Positions 18,582 to 27,682 of a DNA stretch of 35,153 bases are shown here, in pieces. Source of the stretch: a virus. Its lineage: Duplodnaviria > Caudoviricetes. The stretch is taken from positions 1 through 35,153 of the IMG/VR virus record IMGVR_UViG_3300005764_000010; one strand, given 5' to 3'. The notes under the pieces are model-generated. The model was not told the DNA's origin, ran no database searches, and worked only from the letters and a program-made list of their open reading frames with translations. Numbering within the stretch: position 1 is the first letter of the stretch; every line of letters starts with the position of its first letter. The translations under genes were made by a program, and so were the position numbers.

Positions 18582-19259
18582 TTATAGAGAATTGAGGAAA
18601 ATTGCCTTGCGTACTTCGGCGGAACAATCCGCCCGCACGCGCCCGCCCTCATCCCCGCCCGCATCGCGCAAGGCAGACATGTGGAAAATGAGCCGCTTGG
18701 CTTCATTTACGCTGAAACCCGCATCGCGCAAGGCTTCCTCGATTTCAATAACCGTCATCACTTCGGCCTTCACGCGGCCGATGCGCGCCCGCTGATTCAT
18801 CGGCACGGGCGCGATCGAATACTCGTAAATGTTCAGGTCTTTCAGCCGCCGGACGTTGGTTGCTTCATCCCACTCGGCGCCGTTTTTGCGGATGCCGTAC
18901 CCGATGCTCAATCCGAGTTTCTGCCCGAGCCGCGCGGCGTGTTTCGCGCTCGCGTATGCCGCGGCGCCCAACGGCGAATCGAGCGTAAACTCGCCGGCCA
19001 CCAATAGCCCGCGCTTGTCTTCCTCGGCTTTGGTGTTGAACCCGATGAGCTTATCCTGGCGATGCGCCATGAGTATCGGCCATTCGCCGCCGGTTTCCTT
19101 GATCGTGTGAACGAACGCGCCCGGCTCAATCTTATCGCCGCCCAAATCGACGTTGCCGATTACCGCGGCGTGCCCCTCGAACGTGCCCGCATCGGTTACC
19201 GTTTTGAGTTCGAGCCCGCAAGCCCAAACTTTCGCTTCCTGTTCGATTACCTCGGACAT
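18582..19259 (-). CDS. HK97-type prohead protease
   Basis: GTFEGHAAV.GNVDLGGD.I.PGAF...ILMAH...GLSIGY...EYSI..VPMN. Confidence 0.95.
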   Translation of the reverse strand: MSEVIEQEAKVWACGLELKTVTDAGTFEGHAAVIGNVDLGGDKIEPGAFVHTIKETGGEWPILMAHRQDKLIGFNTKAEEDKRGLLVAGEFTLDSPLGAAAYASAKHAARLGQKLGLSIGYGIRKNGAEWDEATNVRRLKDLNIYEYSIAPVPMNQRARIGRVKAEVMTVIEIEEALRDAGFSVNEAKRLIFHMSALRDAGGDEGGRVRADCSAEVRKAIFLNSL

Positions 19260-19273
19260 GGTTGCACTCCTTT

Positions 19274-19588
19274 TTAGAGCATCATTAGGGACACGATCAC
19301 ATCGGCATCGGTTGCCGCGGTGCCGTCCGTTACCGTGACGAGCACATCGTTTGCGGTCGGATCATGGGCATACGCGGATATATGCGTGCCGGCCACCGCG
19401 GCGATCGAGACATGCGCGATCGGAATGTAATCGGTTCGCGCCAGGCGATGCGTGATCTTGTATTGGCCGGCCGAAAGCCGCACCGCGTCCCAACCCACGG
19501 GACCGGTAAGAAACGTGCCATCGGCCTTAATCACGCACGGGCAGGATACGCTACAGCGCGAGGGATTGTAGGTAGTTTGAGCGGTCAT
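19274..19588 (-). CDS. Small beta-rich virion protein (possible head decoration/fiber domain)
   Basis: RBS GGAG; GQYKITH-type motif; position in the head module. Confidence 0.55.
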   Translation of the reverse strand: MTAQTTYNPSRCSVSCPCVIKADGTFLTGPVGWDAVRLSAGQYKITHRLARTDYIPIAHVSIAAVAGTHISAYAHDPTANDVLVTVTDGTAATDADVIVSLMML

Positions 19589-19597
19589 GTCTTACTC

Positions 19598-19969
19598 CTA
19601 ATTTTTGGGCGCGTTCGGATCGAATTCTAAGGTGCGTTGCCGCTCGGCCGGCGTCATATCATCCTCGCGATGCACCTCGCCGGTATCCGGCCGGACAATG
19701 ATTTTCCGGCCCGGCCGCGGTTGGTCGTAAATGACTCCGCACTCCATATCCCGCATTTCGTAGCCGTTCTGATACTTTTCGGCGAATGAATCGGCCGCGG
19801 CGTTTGCCGCCTTGATCGATTGCGCCAGCTCGCCGGTTAGCAGCTTTTTTTGTTGATCGAGTTCAAACGCGCGCCGGACTTCGGCCGCGAGCCGCTCGGC
19901 CAGCTCGCGCTTTTCGGCTGCGGTGAATTGGTATCGGACAGTTTCGGTCGATTTCGCGTTGATCGTCAT
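19598..19969 (-). CDS. Phage hypothetical protein with coiled-coil N half
   Basis: ATG 19969 coupled; GYEMRDMEC...RPDTGEV.RE..MT..ERQ. Confidence 0.75.
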   Translation of the reverse strand: MTINAKSTETVRYQFTAAEKRELAERLAAEVRRAFELDQQKKLLTGELAQSIKAANAAADSFAEKYQNGYEMRDMECGVIYDQPRPGRKIIVRPDTGEVHREDDMTPAERQRTLEFDPNAPKN

Positions 19970-20040
19970 GGCGCCAATCCAAATCGATACATCAGGAAAA
20001 GGCATGCGAGCATCACCAGCAAAAACCAAACGCCTTTCAT
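19966..20040 (-). CDS. 24-aa hydrophobic microprotein (MKGVWFLLVMLACLFLMYRFGLAP)
   Basis: ATGA overlaps at both ends; single TM-like stretch; upstream GGAGG. Confidence 0.6.
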   Translation of the reverse strand: MKGVWFLLVMLACLFLMYRFGLAP

Positions 20041-20864
20041 GCCGCCCTCCGTCGCCGCGCCGGCCGCGCAGGCACGGGTTTCGCCGCGCGCTCGAACCGC
20101 ATCGCGCACCGGCAATTGATTGTTTCCGCCGGAGGAGCCGCCGAGGCGTCGCCCGGAAATTGCAACGGATACCCGCCGATACTGAACGGCTCGTCTAACA
20201 GGCGCCGTTGCCCCTCGGCCGCGATGTGGGAATCGCGCGCGCGCCCGTCCGGAGTATGGATCCAGACTTTGTAGAGCGGTATCTGCGTTTCCTCGGCCGC
20301 GGTCAGCACGCCGAAATTGCCGGCCGCATGGACTTCGGTGCGGGCGATGGTTTTTGCCCGCGCCGGCGATACCGAGCGGTAGTGCTTGCGGATGCGCGCG
20401 GCGATCTGTTTTTGGCTTTCGCCTTTTTTGATGCCGATGCGGATTTGATCGGCGATGCCGGCGCGCGACTTCGCCGATAGTTGCGCGGCGCGCTCGGCGC
20501 CGTATTTCCCCAAGTACCGCACCGTCGCCTGGTAGAACGGATCGGCCGCGGCTTTCGGTAGCCACGGCTCGGCGAGCTGTGCCGCGGCCGGCGCGATCGC
20601 GAGCCACAGCGTGTTGATGTAAGTGCGCCAGGCCGGCTCCGACACCGCGGCGAGCGCGGCTTGCTCATGGTTCGCCTGGTCGGGCGATTCGTACGCATCC
20701 GCGGCCCGCGCGCCCTCGGCCAGCAATAGCCGCTCGGCCCGCGCCGCCCACCGCACCGATTCGCGCGCGACAAACGCGTCCAATTGATTCCAGGCGCGCG
20801 CCGATGCCGCGCTCGCGGCCGGCGCCGCGGCCTTGCCGATCGCCGTTGCCATGCCCGCTACCAT
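20037..20864 (-). CDS. Head morphogenesis protein (Mu F / SPP1 gp7-like)
   Basis: RAKTIARTE...KVW....DGRARDSH...FPGD......ETINCRC. Confidence 0.92.
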   Translation of the reverse strand: MVAGMATAIGKAAAPAASAASARAWNQLDAFVARESVRWAARAERLLLAEGARAADAYESPDQANHEQAALAAVSEPAWRTYINTLWLAIAPAAAQLAEPWLPKAAADPFYQATVRYLGKYGAERAAQLSAKSRAGIADQIRIGIKKGESQKQIAARIRKHYRSVSPARAKTIARTEVHAAGNFGVLTAAEETQIPLYKVWIHTPDGRARDSHIAAEGQRRLLDEPFSIGGYPLQFPGDASAAPPAETINCRCAMRFERAAKPVPARPARRRRAA

Positions 20865-21568
20865 ATCAATGCATCCTGTATCGGCTCGGCGTCGCTATGC
20901 TCGGCGAGCGGTAACATGTTTTGCCGCAACCGCTCGATCGCGATATCGCAATACCTCTGCTCGATTTCGATTCCGATCGCGCGCCGCCCGAGCTGTTTTG
21001 CCGCCACCAGCGTCGTGCCCGATCCCATAAACGGATCGAGGATTAGCTCGCAATCGTCCGGCGCGTGTTGAAGCGCCCACTTCATCACCGCGAGCGGCTT
21101 TTGCGTCGGGTGAAACCGCGCCTCGTTCCCGACACGCAGCATTCCATGCCACTGATGCACGATGCGCCGTACGGCCTTATCCAGATTCGTCCACGCCAGC
21201 TCACAATCGGCGTATGTGTTATCGCCGTTTGCCTTATCCCAAACCAGCCAGCACGAAGACGGCCCGAGCGCGAAGAAGTTTCCGCCCCAAATAATCTGGA
21301 ATCTCGCTACCTCGCACAATAGACCAAACAGCCATGCGGCCGGTGGTGACTGATCCCAGTTCGATTTGCCATAATCCCGGCTTAAGCAACGCGCGTTTCG
21401 GCCTTGCGTATTCGCCCTCTGGGATTGCCGCATATCGGCCCCTATCCCATATGGGGGATCGGTCAAAACCAGATCGACTTGCGCCAATTGCGGCAAGATG
21501 GCGCGGCAATCCGCGCAATAGATCGCGATGCCGGCTTCTTCGTAATACGGCGCTACCATATTCCCCAC
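20858..21568 (-). CDS. Orphan N6-adenine/N4-cytosine DNA methyltransferase (beta class)
   Basis: DPPY precedes HPTQKP and DPFMGSGTT motifs; no cognate restriction enzyme seen. Confidence 0.95.
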   Translation of the reverse strand: MGNMVAPYYEEAGIAIYCADCRAILPQLAQVDLVLTDPPYGIGADMRQSQRANTQGRNARCLSRDYGKSNWDQSPPAAWLFGLLCEVARFQIIWGGNFFALGPSSCWLVWDKANGDNTYADCELAWTNLDKAVRRIVHQWHGMLRVGNEARFHPTQKPLAVMKWALQHAPDDCELILDPFMGSGTTLVAAKQLGRRAIGIEIEQRYCDIAIERLRQNMLPLAEHSDAEPIQDALIW

Positions 21569-23403
21569 TTGCGCGATGCCGGCGCCGTTGCCGAGCGGTA
21601 ACGAACGCTCGCGAACGAAAGCCGGTATTGCTGCGAATAGTTTTTGCCCGAGTAATCCGCCCCATCGCCCGGCGCGGTCAACACGCCGTCTTCAAACGCG
21701 CGGTCGGATCGGTCCTGATATTGGGTTTCGCCCGTGATCGACCACAGCCAGGAATACGCGAAGTTAATCAGCAGATTGAGCGATGAGTAGTACGGTTGGT
21801 CGCCCGTGAGTACAAACGATGGCAGGTAATACGGCCAGGCGTTTTTGTTGGTCACGATGCCGTAGAACGGCCACAGGTAATCCGCGACGCGCTTGACTAC
21901 CACGGGAATGCGCGGATCGCCGTAACCTGGACATGCCGGCGCCGCGTAACAGGAAATCAGGCTTTCAAACCACAGCCCGACCATAAACGGCTGCAACTCG
22001 ATCGCGCCCGACAGAAACTGATCCGCGCGCCCGAGCGAAATCTGGTACCACTTTTCGAGGTACGCGGCGCGCGTGCCGTCCGCGATCACCGCGGTATCGA
22101 TCAAATCGGCTTCGAGCCGATAGGATAGCTCGCGGACAAACGTGGTGCCGATGAGCGCGCCCTCTTTCGGCGTCGCATACGCCGCGTTGCGGAGTTTGAG
22201 CAAGGCTTGCTTACTCGCATCATCGCCTTGCTCCAACCAATGCTCGGCGAGCCCGTGCGGAAACACGCGGTACCCGGTCAAACTCGATAGCCCGTTCACA
22301 TAATCGCGGTAACTCTGGTTCTGTGTTTCAATGCAAGGCGTCCATTGCGCGGCGTCGCCCGTCACCTTAAACTCCGTATCCCACGCGCGGACATTGTAAA
22401 AGACGCGCGTGCCGTCGTAATACCAGACCGCGCCCTCCCAACCCGGCGAAACCTGCGAGCACCACTTTTGCCCGTACTTGACCATTTGCGATTGCCAGTT
22501 TTGCGCGCAAGCCGAGCCATCGCGCCGGCGCGAATACTGCGTTAAACACGGGATTGCGGGATAGACGGCCGGCCGCGCCGTCGCGAACACGGGCGCCGGC
22601 TCGATCGCCAGCTCCCACGGTACGGACTTTGGCGTCGCGTTGCGGTAGTTGACGGTAAGCGTATACCTCCCCGGAGGCGTGCGCGCGCTTGTCGCGATGC
22701 CGAAATTCGAGGTTCCGCAAGTGGTGGTGCGATACAGGAAGATTTCATTTTTCGATTGGTCCCACTTATAGCTGCACCCGGTTGCGTACTGGTCCGGAAT
22801 GAGCACCGCGTTTGCCGGCAATCCGCTCACCGTCACATACAGGTACCCGCTATCGGCGCCGGCGAGCAATGTCGCGTTGAAACTGACCCATGCCGTACCG
22901 CCGGCGAACACCTGGTGCGAGCCGTTCAGGTTGATTTTGTAATCGAACGCGCCCGCCGGCGCCGCGGCCGTCGTGATGTTCGGGCCCTGCTGGAAACCGT
23001 AACTTGCCCGGTTGGCGATCGAGCGCGAGCGCGCCCACATCATCCGGTTGGCGCCAGGATAGCCGAGCGTGACGGTTACGGAGTGCTGCGTCGTGCCGGC
23101 CGTGCCGTCGAAAATATCGGTTGCATAGGTCGGGTTGTCATCGCCCGATTTCGCCCAACTCACCAGTGAATCGCTCGCACAATCCGTATCCCACGTAACT
23201 GTGGCGCGCGCCGAATCGACCGCGGTAGTGCGGATATTGGTAATTCTCGGATAAGACGTGCACGCCGGCCCGCCCGATTGGGGCGCGGGCGTTTCATGCC
23301 GGCATCCGGCAAGCGCGAGCGCGATGCATAACGCGGCGTGGCGTGCCGATAGAGTGCACCGCGCCGCGCCATGCCAGCTTGCGATGCTATTGCAGTTCAG
23401 CAT
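21553..23403 (-). CDS. 616-aa predicted lipoprotein: FN3/Ig-like domains plus helical, putatively carbohydrate-active domain
   Basis: Lipobox LALAGC; ATVTWDTD...HSVTV FN3-like segment; aromatic-rich helical C half (WYYDG, QPFMVGL). Fold is inferred. Confidence 0.7.
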   Translation of the reverse strand: MLNCNSIASWHGAARCTLSARHAALCIALALAGCRHETPAPQSGGPACTSYPRITNIRTTAVDSARATVTWDTDCASDSLVSWAKSGDDNPTYATDIFDGTAGTTQHSVTVTLGYPGANRMMWARSRSIANRASYGFQQGPNITTAAAPAGAFDYKINLNGSHQVFAGGTAWVSFNATLLAGADSGYLYVTVSGLPANAVLIPDQYATGCSYKWDQSKNEIFLYRTTTCGTSNFGIATSARTPPGRYTLTVNYRNATPKSVPWELAIEPAPVFATARPAVYPAIPCLTQYSRRRDGSACAQNWQSQMVKYGQKWCSQVSPGWEGAVWYYDGTRVFYNVRAWDTEFKVTGDAAQWTPCIETQNQSYRDYVNGLSSLTGYRVFPHGLAEHWLEQGDDASKQALLKLRNAAYATPKEGALIGTTFVRELSYRLEADLIDTAVIADGTRAAYLEKWYQISLGRADQFLSGAIELQPFMVGLWFESLISCYAAPACPGYGDPRIPVVVKRVADYLWPFYGIVTNKNAWPYYLPSFVLTGDQPYYSSLNLLINFAYSWLWSITGETQYQDRSDRAFEDGVLTAPGDGADYSGKNYSQQYRLSFASVRYRSATAPASRKWGIW

Positions 23404-23404
23404 A

Positions 23405-24811
23405 TCATTCGCCCGCCGGCGCCGGCGCCGCGGCCGGCTCGGCCGTCACCGATTCGCCGAGCGGTATGTAGTTCGCCGGCGCGTAGAACACATCGCCCGG
23501 CGCGGCCGGATCGTACTCCAGATCGGCGCGCGCCTCATTCTGGGTAATCAGCCCGGCTTGCCACAGCTTGACCACGCGGTCGGTAGCCTCGGCCCGCGCG
23601 GCCGTGATCGCGTCGAATGAATCCTTGTCGAAATCGAGCGGCGAGCCCAATTCGCGCCCGATGGTTTCGTTCCAGTCGGCGCGGAATTGCAGCAATAGCG
23701 GAATCACTGCTTCCATGTAGAGCGCCTGGCGCGATTCGCGGTACGTCGCATACGTCCGCGTGGAGGTATCGCCAATCAATGCCGGGTCCACATGAAACAC
23801 CGAAGCGATATCGCGCTTGCTCAATATCGATTGCTGCGCGATGCCGGAATCGACGGGTGGAAATCCCATTTGGTGCCATTCCGCGTTTTCGAGAAATAAT
23901 TCCTCGCCGGCTTGTTTCGAGGCTTTGACGCGCTCGCGCAACTTGGCTACTTGCGCTTCCTCCCAAATCGAATCCTTGTCGGCCTGAATCCAGCCCGGCG
24001 AGTAGCCGCGTTGCATGATGCGTTTGAATAGCGCGGCGCCTTCGTTCGCCATATCGACGGCGAGCAATGCCGCGGTCAACGGCGCCATGCCGTAAATCGG
24101 ATCGAGCGGATTGAAAAGTTTCGATTGGATCAGATCGCCTTTCGGCCGCTCGGCCGTGTACGGTATCAATTGCCGCGTGCGGCCGTACGGCGAGCGCACT
24201 TTCCAGGCTTGCACCACGTCCACCGCGTGCCGCGCGTCATAGTTGATCGGCCAGGCCGATACCGCATCCGGCCGCAAGAGGAATAACATGCTCGGCCGGC
24301 CCTGCACGCGCTCTACTTCCCAGTAATCGTTTCCCGAAAGCAGGAGATATGAAACCCACGCCTCGATGAAATCCGGCCCGCCCGCGCGCGTCAAAAGCTT
24401 GATCGATTCGGCCGGCGATACGGCCTTCAGAAAGTTCGTTCGCGCTTGCGCGTCCGGCAGGATATCGAGCCCGGCGAACGATCCGCCGATCGCCTTGTAT
24501 CGATCCTCCGCGCTCAACATCGCGCGTTGGTCTTGATTGCCGGTCCACCATTTGACTTGCTTTGCGGCTTGCGCGATGAGCGAAACGCACGCGTACACAT
24601 CCGAGTTGCGGACGTACCCTTCGGTCACTTGCGGAACGTACGTCCATGGCGTCCACGATGCCGGCGGAAGGCCCGTAACCGTGCCCGTTATCGTGATCGA
24701 CGGCCGGTTGCCGGCGCCGTCGTTGATGATCGGCACCTCTTTCGGCACGATCGATAGCGCGGCGCTATCGCGGCGCCGGAATCGGGAAATCACGCGATCT
24801 AACACCGGCAT
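23405..24811 (-). CDS. HK97-family portal protein
   Basis: VYACVSLIA...LLLSGN.Y...LLRPD...FNPLDPIYGMAPL...IASVFHV.P.LIG...ITQNEAR. Confidence 0.95.
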   Translation of the reverse strand: MPVLDRVISRFRRRDSAALSIVPKEVPIINDGAGNRPSITITGTVTGLPPASWTPWTYVPQVTEGYVRNSDVYACVSLIAQAAKQVKWWTGNQDQRAMLSAEDRYKAIGGSFAGLDILPDAQARTNFLKAVSPAESIKLLTRAGGPDFIEAWVSYLLLSGNDYWEVERVQGRPSMLFLLRPDAVSAWPINYDARHAVDVVQAWKVRSPYGRTRQLIPYTAERPKGDLIQSKLFNPLDPIYGMAPLTAALLAVDMANEGAALFKRIMQRGYSPGWIQADKDSIWEEAQVAKLRERVKASKQAGEELFLENAEWHQMGFPPVDSGIAQQSILSKRDIASVFHVDPALIGDTSTRTYATYRESRQALYMEAVIPLLLQFRADWNETIGRELGSPLDFDKDSFDAITAARAEATDRVVKLWQAGLITQNEARADLEYDPAAPGDVFYAPANYIPLGESVTAEPAAAPAPAGE

Positions 24812-24817
24812 CGTGGA

Positions 24818-25054
24818 TTACCTTTCATTCTGCAAATGCCACCCGCCGCACCGCGCGCACCGCACCCGCAGCATTGCCCGCGGCGAGCGCGCGCCCGCCG
24901 CGCTCGCGTCTTCTTTTGTGGGATAGCGGCGCCGGCCGCGGCATCGCACCACACCCGCGGCCTCGGCTTCCTCGCGCAATTGATCCTGCCACCCGAGCGC
25001 GCGCATCCAATCGTCACTTTTGCGCGGCGCGTCGTTTTCGAGTTCGGGATTCAT
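24818..25054 (-). CDS. Hypothetical protein with C...CxxCGGWHL motif
   Basis: ATG 25054 with ATGA coupling. Confidence 0.7.
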   Translation of the reverse strand: MNPELENDAPRKSDDWMRALGWQDQLREEAEAAGVVRCRGRRRYPTKEDASAAGARSPRAMLRVRCARCGGWHLQNER

Positions 25055-25431
25055 TTCACTTCCGCCAATTCGCGCCGAGCCAAACGGATATGCTCCATAG
25101 CTTTGAGCAAATGCCGGCAATCGCGCGTTTCACTCGAATCTGCCTGTTTGTTCACGCCGATGATTCTCGCAATCACGTCTGCTATGGATTCCAGTTGCGG
25201 TTCATATCGCACCGCGGCATAAGCATTCAAGACTTTGGCCTGATACTTTTTTGGAAGGGCTCGCGGTTCGACATACGCTACTGCCGTTTCCCCGAGACAC
25301 GAACGAAGTACCTCATATATCCGATATGTTTCGGAAGCGTCCAATACATCAGTAAGTGGACCTATGCCGCGCTTCCAGAAATCCTGCGCTTGCTCGCGCG
25401 TCATTTCTGTACATACCGGACAAGTAATCAT
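25051..25431 (-). CDS. Hypothetical protein, 126 aa, lower GC
   Basis: ATG 25431 (MITCPVC) coupled to the upstream TGA. Confidence 0.7.
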   Translation of the reverse strand: MITCPVCTEMTREQAQDFWKRGIGPLTDVLDASETYRIYEVLRSCLGETAVAYVEPRALPKKYQAKVLNAYAAVRYEPQLESIADVIARIIGVNKQADSSETRDCRHLLKAMEHIRLARRELAEVK

Positions 25432-25565
25432 CGCGCCAGGTCCGCGAGCGCCCAACAAAACAGGCCGAGCCCGAGCAGGTTCACGCGGCCCGCCGGCACG
25501 CCGACCGCGGCGCCCGCGAAACACGCCACCGCGATAATCAGCAAAAGCATCCGAAGCGTAATCAT
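25428..25565 (-). CDS. 45-aa membrane protein with two hydrophobic segments (MITLRMLLLIIAVACFAGAAVGVPAGRVNLLGLGLFCWALADLAR)
   Basis: Hand-translated; RBS AAGGGGG; ATGA coupling downstream. Confidence 0.7.
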   Translation of the reverse strand: MITLRMLLLIIAVACFAGAAVGVPAGRVNLLGLGLFCWALADLAR

Positions 25566-25574
25566 GTAACCCCC

Positions 25575-25784
25575 TTATGGCCAGGTGATCGGCTGCACGC
25601 GCCTTTCCTCATGCACCCGAAGCGCGAGCTCTGTCCGATTTTGGACGCCCTCTTTCCGGTACACCCGAAACAGGTACTCTTTCACGGTCCCAACGGACAG
25701 ATGCAGCGAGCACGCGATTTCCTTATTCGTTTTCGCTTGCGCGATCAGCTCGGCGATTTCGCGCTCGCGCCGACTGAGGTGCAT
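25575..25784 (-). CDS. Stand-alone LuxR/GerE-type HTH protein
   Basis: LSRREREI.....AKTNKEIA..L.LSVGTVKEYL.RVYRK.GV.NRTELAL. Confidence 0.92.
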   Translation of the reverse strand: MHLSRREREIAELIAQAKTNKEIACSLHLSVGTVKEYLFRVYRKEGVQNRTELALRVHEERRVQPITWP

Positions 25785-25978
25785 TCCCTTTTTTCCTCGG
25801 CCGCGCGCAACGCGAGCTGCAAACGCGTGGCGCCGGTCTTTTGATAGAGATACGAAAGGTATTTCCCCACCGTGCCCGGCGCCAATTGCAGCCGATCCGC
25901 AATCGCGCGGTTGGGCAGGCCTTCGGCCAGCAAATCGACCAATTGCCGCTCGCGTGTGGTCAGCTCGCGCGCGCTCAT
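25745..25978 (-). CDS. Stand-alone LuxR/GerE-type HTH protein
   Basis: LTTRERQLV.LLAEGLPNRAIADRL.LAPGTV.KYL..LYQK. Confidence 0.9.
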   Translation of the reverse strand: MSARELTTRERQLVDLLAEGLPNRAIADRLQLAPGTVGKYLSYLYQKTGATRLQLALRAAEEKRECTSVGASAKSPS

Positions 25979-26184
25979 TTGCCGTCCGGTTTCCTCATCT
26001 CGATGCCGGCCGCGAGCGCGATTTCGAGACGCGTATCCCCGAGCACCTCGAAATAGAGCGTTGCCGGCACGCCGGCCGCAAGATCGATCACCACGCGCCG
26101 GCAATTCGCCGGCACCACGCCCGCATCGACCAGGCGCCGTATGATCGCATCCGCCGCCACGATGCGCGGCCGTTCCTCACTCAT
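25975..26184 (-). CDS. Hypothetical protein, 69 aa
   Basis: Clean ORF with ATGA coupling downstream. Confidence 0.65.
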   Translation of the reverse strand: MSEERPRIVAADAIIRRLVDAGVVPANCRRVVIDLAAGVPATLYFEVLGDTRLEIALAAGIEMRKPDGK

Positions 26185-26199
26185 CGAAAAACCGTTTAT

Positions 26200-26388
26200 T
26201 CATTTGCCTTTTTCGCGCTCGATCGTATCGGCGATAAACGCGTTTAACGGCTCGGCGATCACCGCCAGCAAAAAATCTTCGATATCGTCCAGATCAACGC
26301 TCGCCGGCCGCGGATCGAGTTTGTTCACCCACTCGGAAAACCGATAGGCGAGCGCGTCCAACAATTCCGCATCAGTCAATCGGCTCAT
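26200..26388 (-). CDS. Hypothetical acidic protein, 62 aa
   Basis: ATG 26388 overlaps the terL TGA. Confidence 0.65.
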   Translation of the reverse strand: MSRLTDAELLDALAYRFSEWVNKLDPRPASVDLDDIEDFLLAVIAEPLNAFIADTIEREKGK

Positions 26389-27668
26389 ATCGACAACACG
26401 CGGCCCTCGCGCTTCGGCCGAAGCATCAGGTAAGAAAAACCCCAGACAAGCGCGTCCACGCGGTTCGGCGACTTGCCCAACGCGCCCGGCACAAAGTTGC
26501 ATTGCTCATCCTCGAGCGCCTTGAACCCGCCCACATGATGAATCTTGCCTTGTTCGTAAAGTGCCGCGATCGGCTCGGCGCGCGTCACTTTGCCGCGCGA
26601 GGCGCGCACGGCTTCAAACGCGATATTGGCGCGTACCGTGCGGATTACCTTTTCGACCAGGTCACCGCCGTTATTCACCTCGGCGATAATTTTGTCGCCC
26701 TCGATCGCATCGAAGCGCGATACCGCACGATGCGCCCATACGGAAGCGTCATAGACGCCCGAGTCATCCGCGAGTAAGTAGCCGTGTCCATCGGTGCCGA
26801 GCCCGCACGCCACGATGCCGCATTCATCCGAATCCGGCCCGGCCGTTACACTGGGATCCAGGGCTACGACCACGCGCACCAATTCCGGCGCCGACCGCAC
26901 CCGCAAGCGTTCGAGTTGCGCCCGTTGCCAGAGCGCCCCCTCGGCTTCCTCTAATAACTCGCCTTCCAGCTCTTGCCGGCCGATGCGCGTGCCGCCGTAC
27001 ACGCGCTCGAATTCGGCGAGCACGGCCGGCGGAAGATTCGCGCGGTTATCGTACGTCCGGCCGCGCGTGAGGATCGTGCCGGCATCGGCGATCAGCTCGT
27101 TAAGGAAGCGCATCGGCTTCGGCGTGGTAGTCACTACCACGCGCGGATCGGCGCCCAACCGCAATCCGAATTTGAGGTTATCCCACAGTTCGGTGACCGC
27201 GGGATACGTGGCGATCTCATCGCAGTATGCGGCCGAGTGTTGCGGCCCGCGCAACCGTTCGGGTTCTTCGGCCGAATAGCAAAAGGCTTGCGCGCCGTTG
27301 CGGAACATCACGCGCCGTTTCGAGGAAAAATACACCGGCCGTTCGGCCGGCGGAAAACAGGCGAGTATGCCGCTTTCGCCCTCGATCATGACATCGCGGA
27401 CATCGGCCGCGGTCGGCCCGACCAGCGCGATGCGCGCCTCCGGATCCGCGCTCGCGATCGCGCGCACCGCTTCGGCGCCCGTGCGCGTTTTTCCGAATCC
27501 GCGGCCGGCGAGGATGAGCCAGTTCCGCCAGGCGTCCGCCGGCATTTGCTGTTCCGGCCGCGCCCACAGGTCCCACGTGTAAAGCAGGGTTTCGGCTTCG
27601 GCTTCGGAGAGTTGCGCGGCCACCTGGCGCGCATCTTCGGCCGTGATGCCGTCCGGCAATTCGATCAT
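26385..27668 (-). CDS. terL: Terminase large subunit
   Basis: Walker A LAGRGFGKT, Walker B AYCDE, VVTTTP, nuclease DPS and SPNRVDA motifs. Confidence 0.96.
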   Translation of the reverse strand: MIELPDGITAEDARQVAAQLSEAEAETLLYTWDLWARPEQQMPADAWRNWLILAGRGFGKTRTGAEAVRAIASADPEARIALVGPTAADVRDVMIEGESGILACFPPAERPVYFSSKRRVMFRNGAQAFCYSAEEPERLRGPQHSAAYCDEIATYPAVTELWDNLKFGLRLGADPRVVVTTTPKPMRFLNELIADAGTILTRGRTYDNRANLPPAVLAEFERVYGGTRIGRQELEGELLEEAEGALWQRAQLERLRVRSAPELVRVVVALDPSVTAGPDSDECGIVACGLGTDGHGYLLADDSGVYDASVWAHRAVSRFDAIEGDKIIAEVNNGGDLVEKVIRTVRANIAFEAVRASRGKVTRAEPIAALYEQGKIHHVGGFKALEDEQCNFVPGALGKSPNRVDALVWGFSYLMLRPKREGRVLSI

Positions 27669-27682
27669 TGTCGTATGATAAC

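Noticed and set aside
18658-18735. Direct repeat CCCGCATCGCGCAAGGC x2
   Set aside because: Encodes the repeated ALRDAG motif in the protease C-terminus
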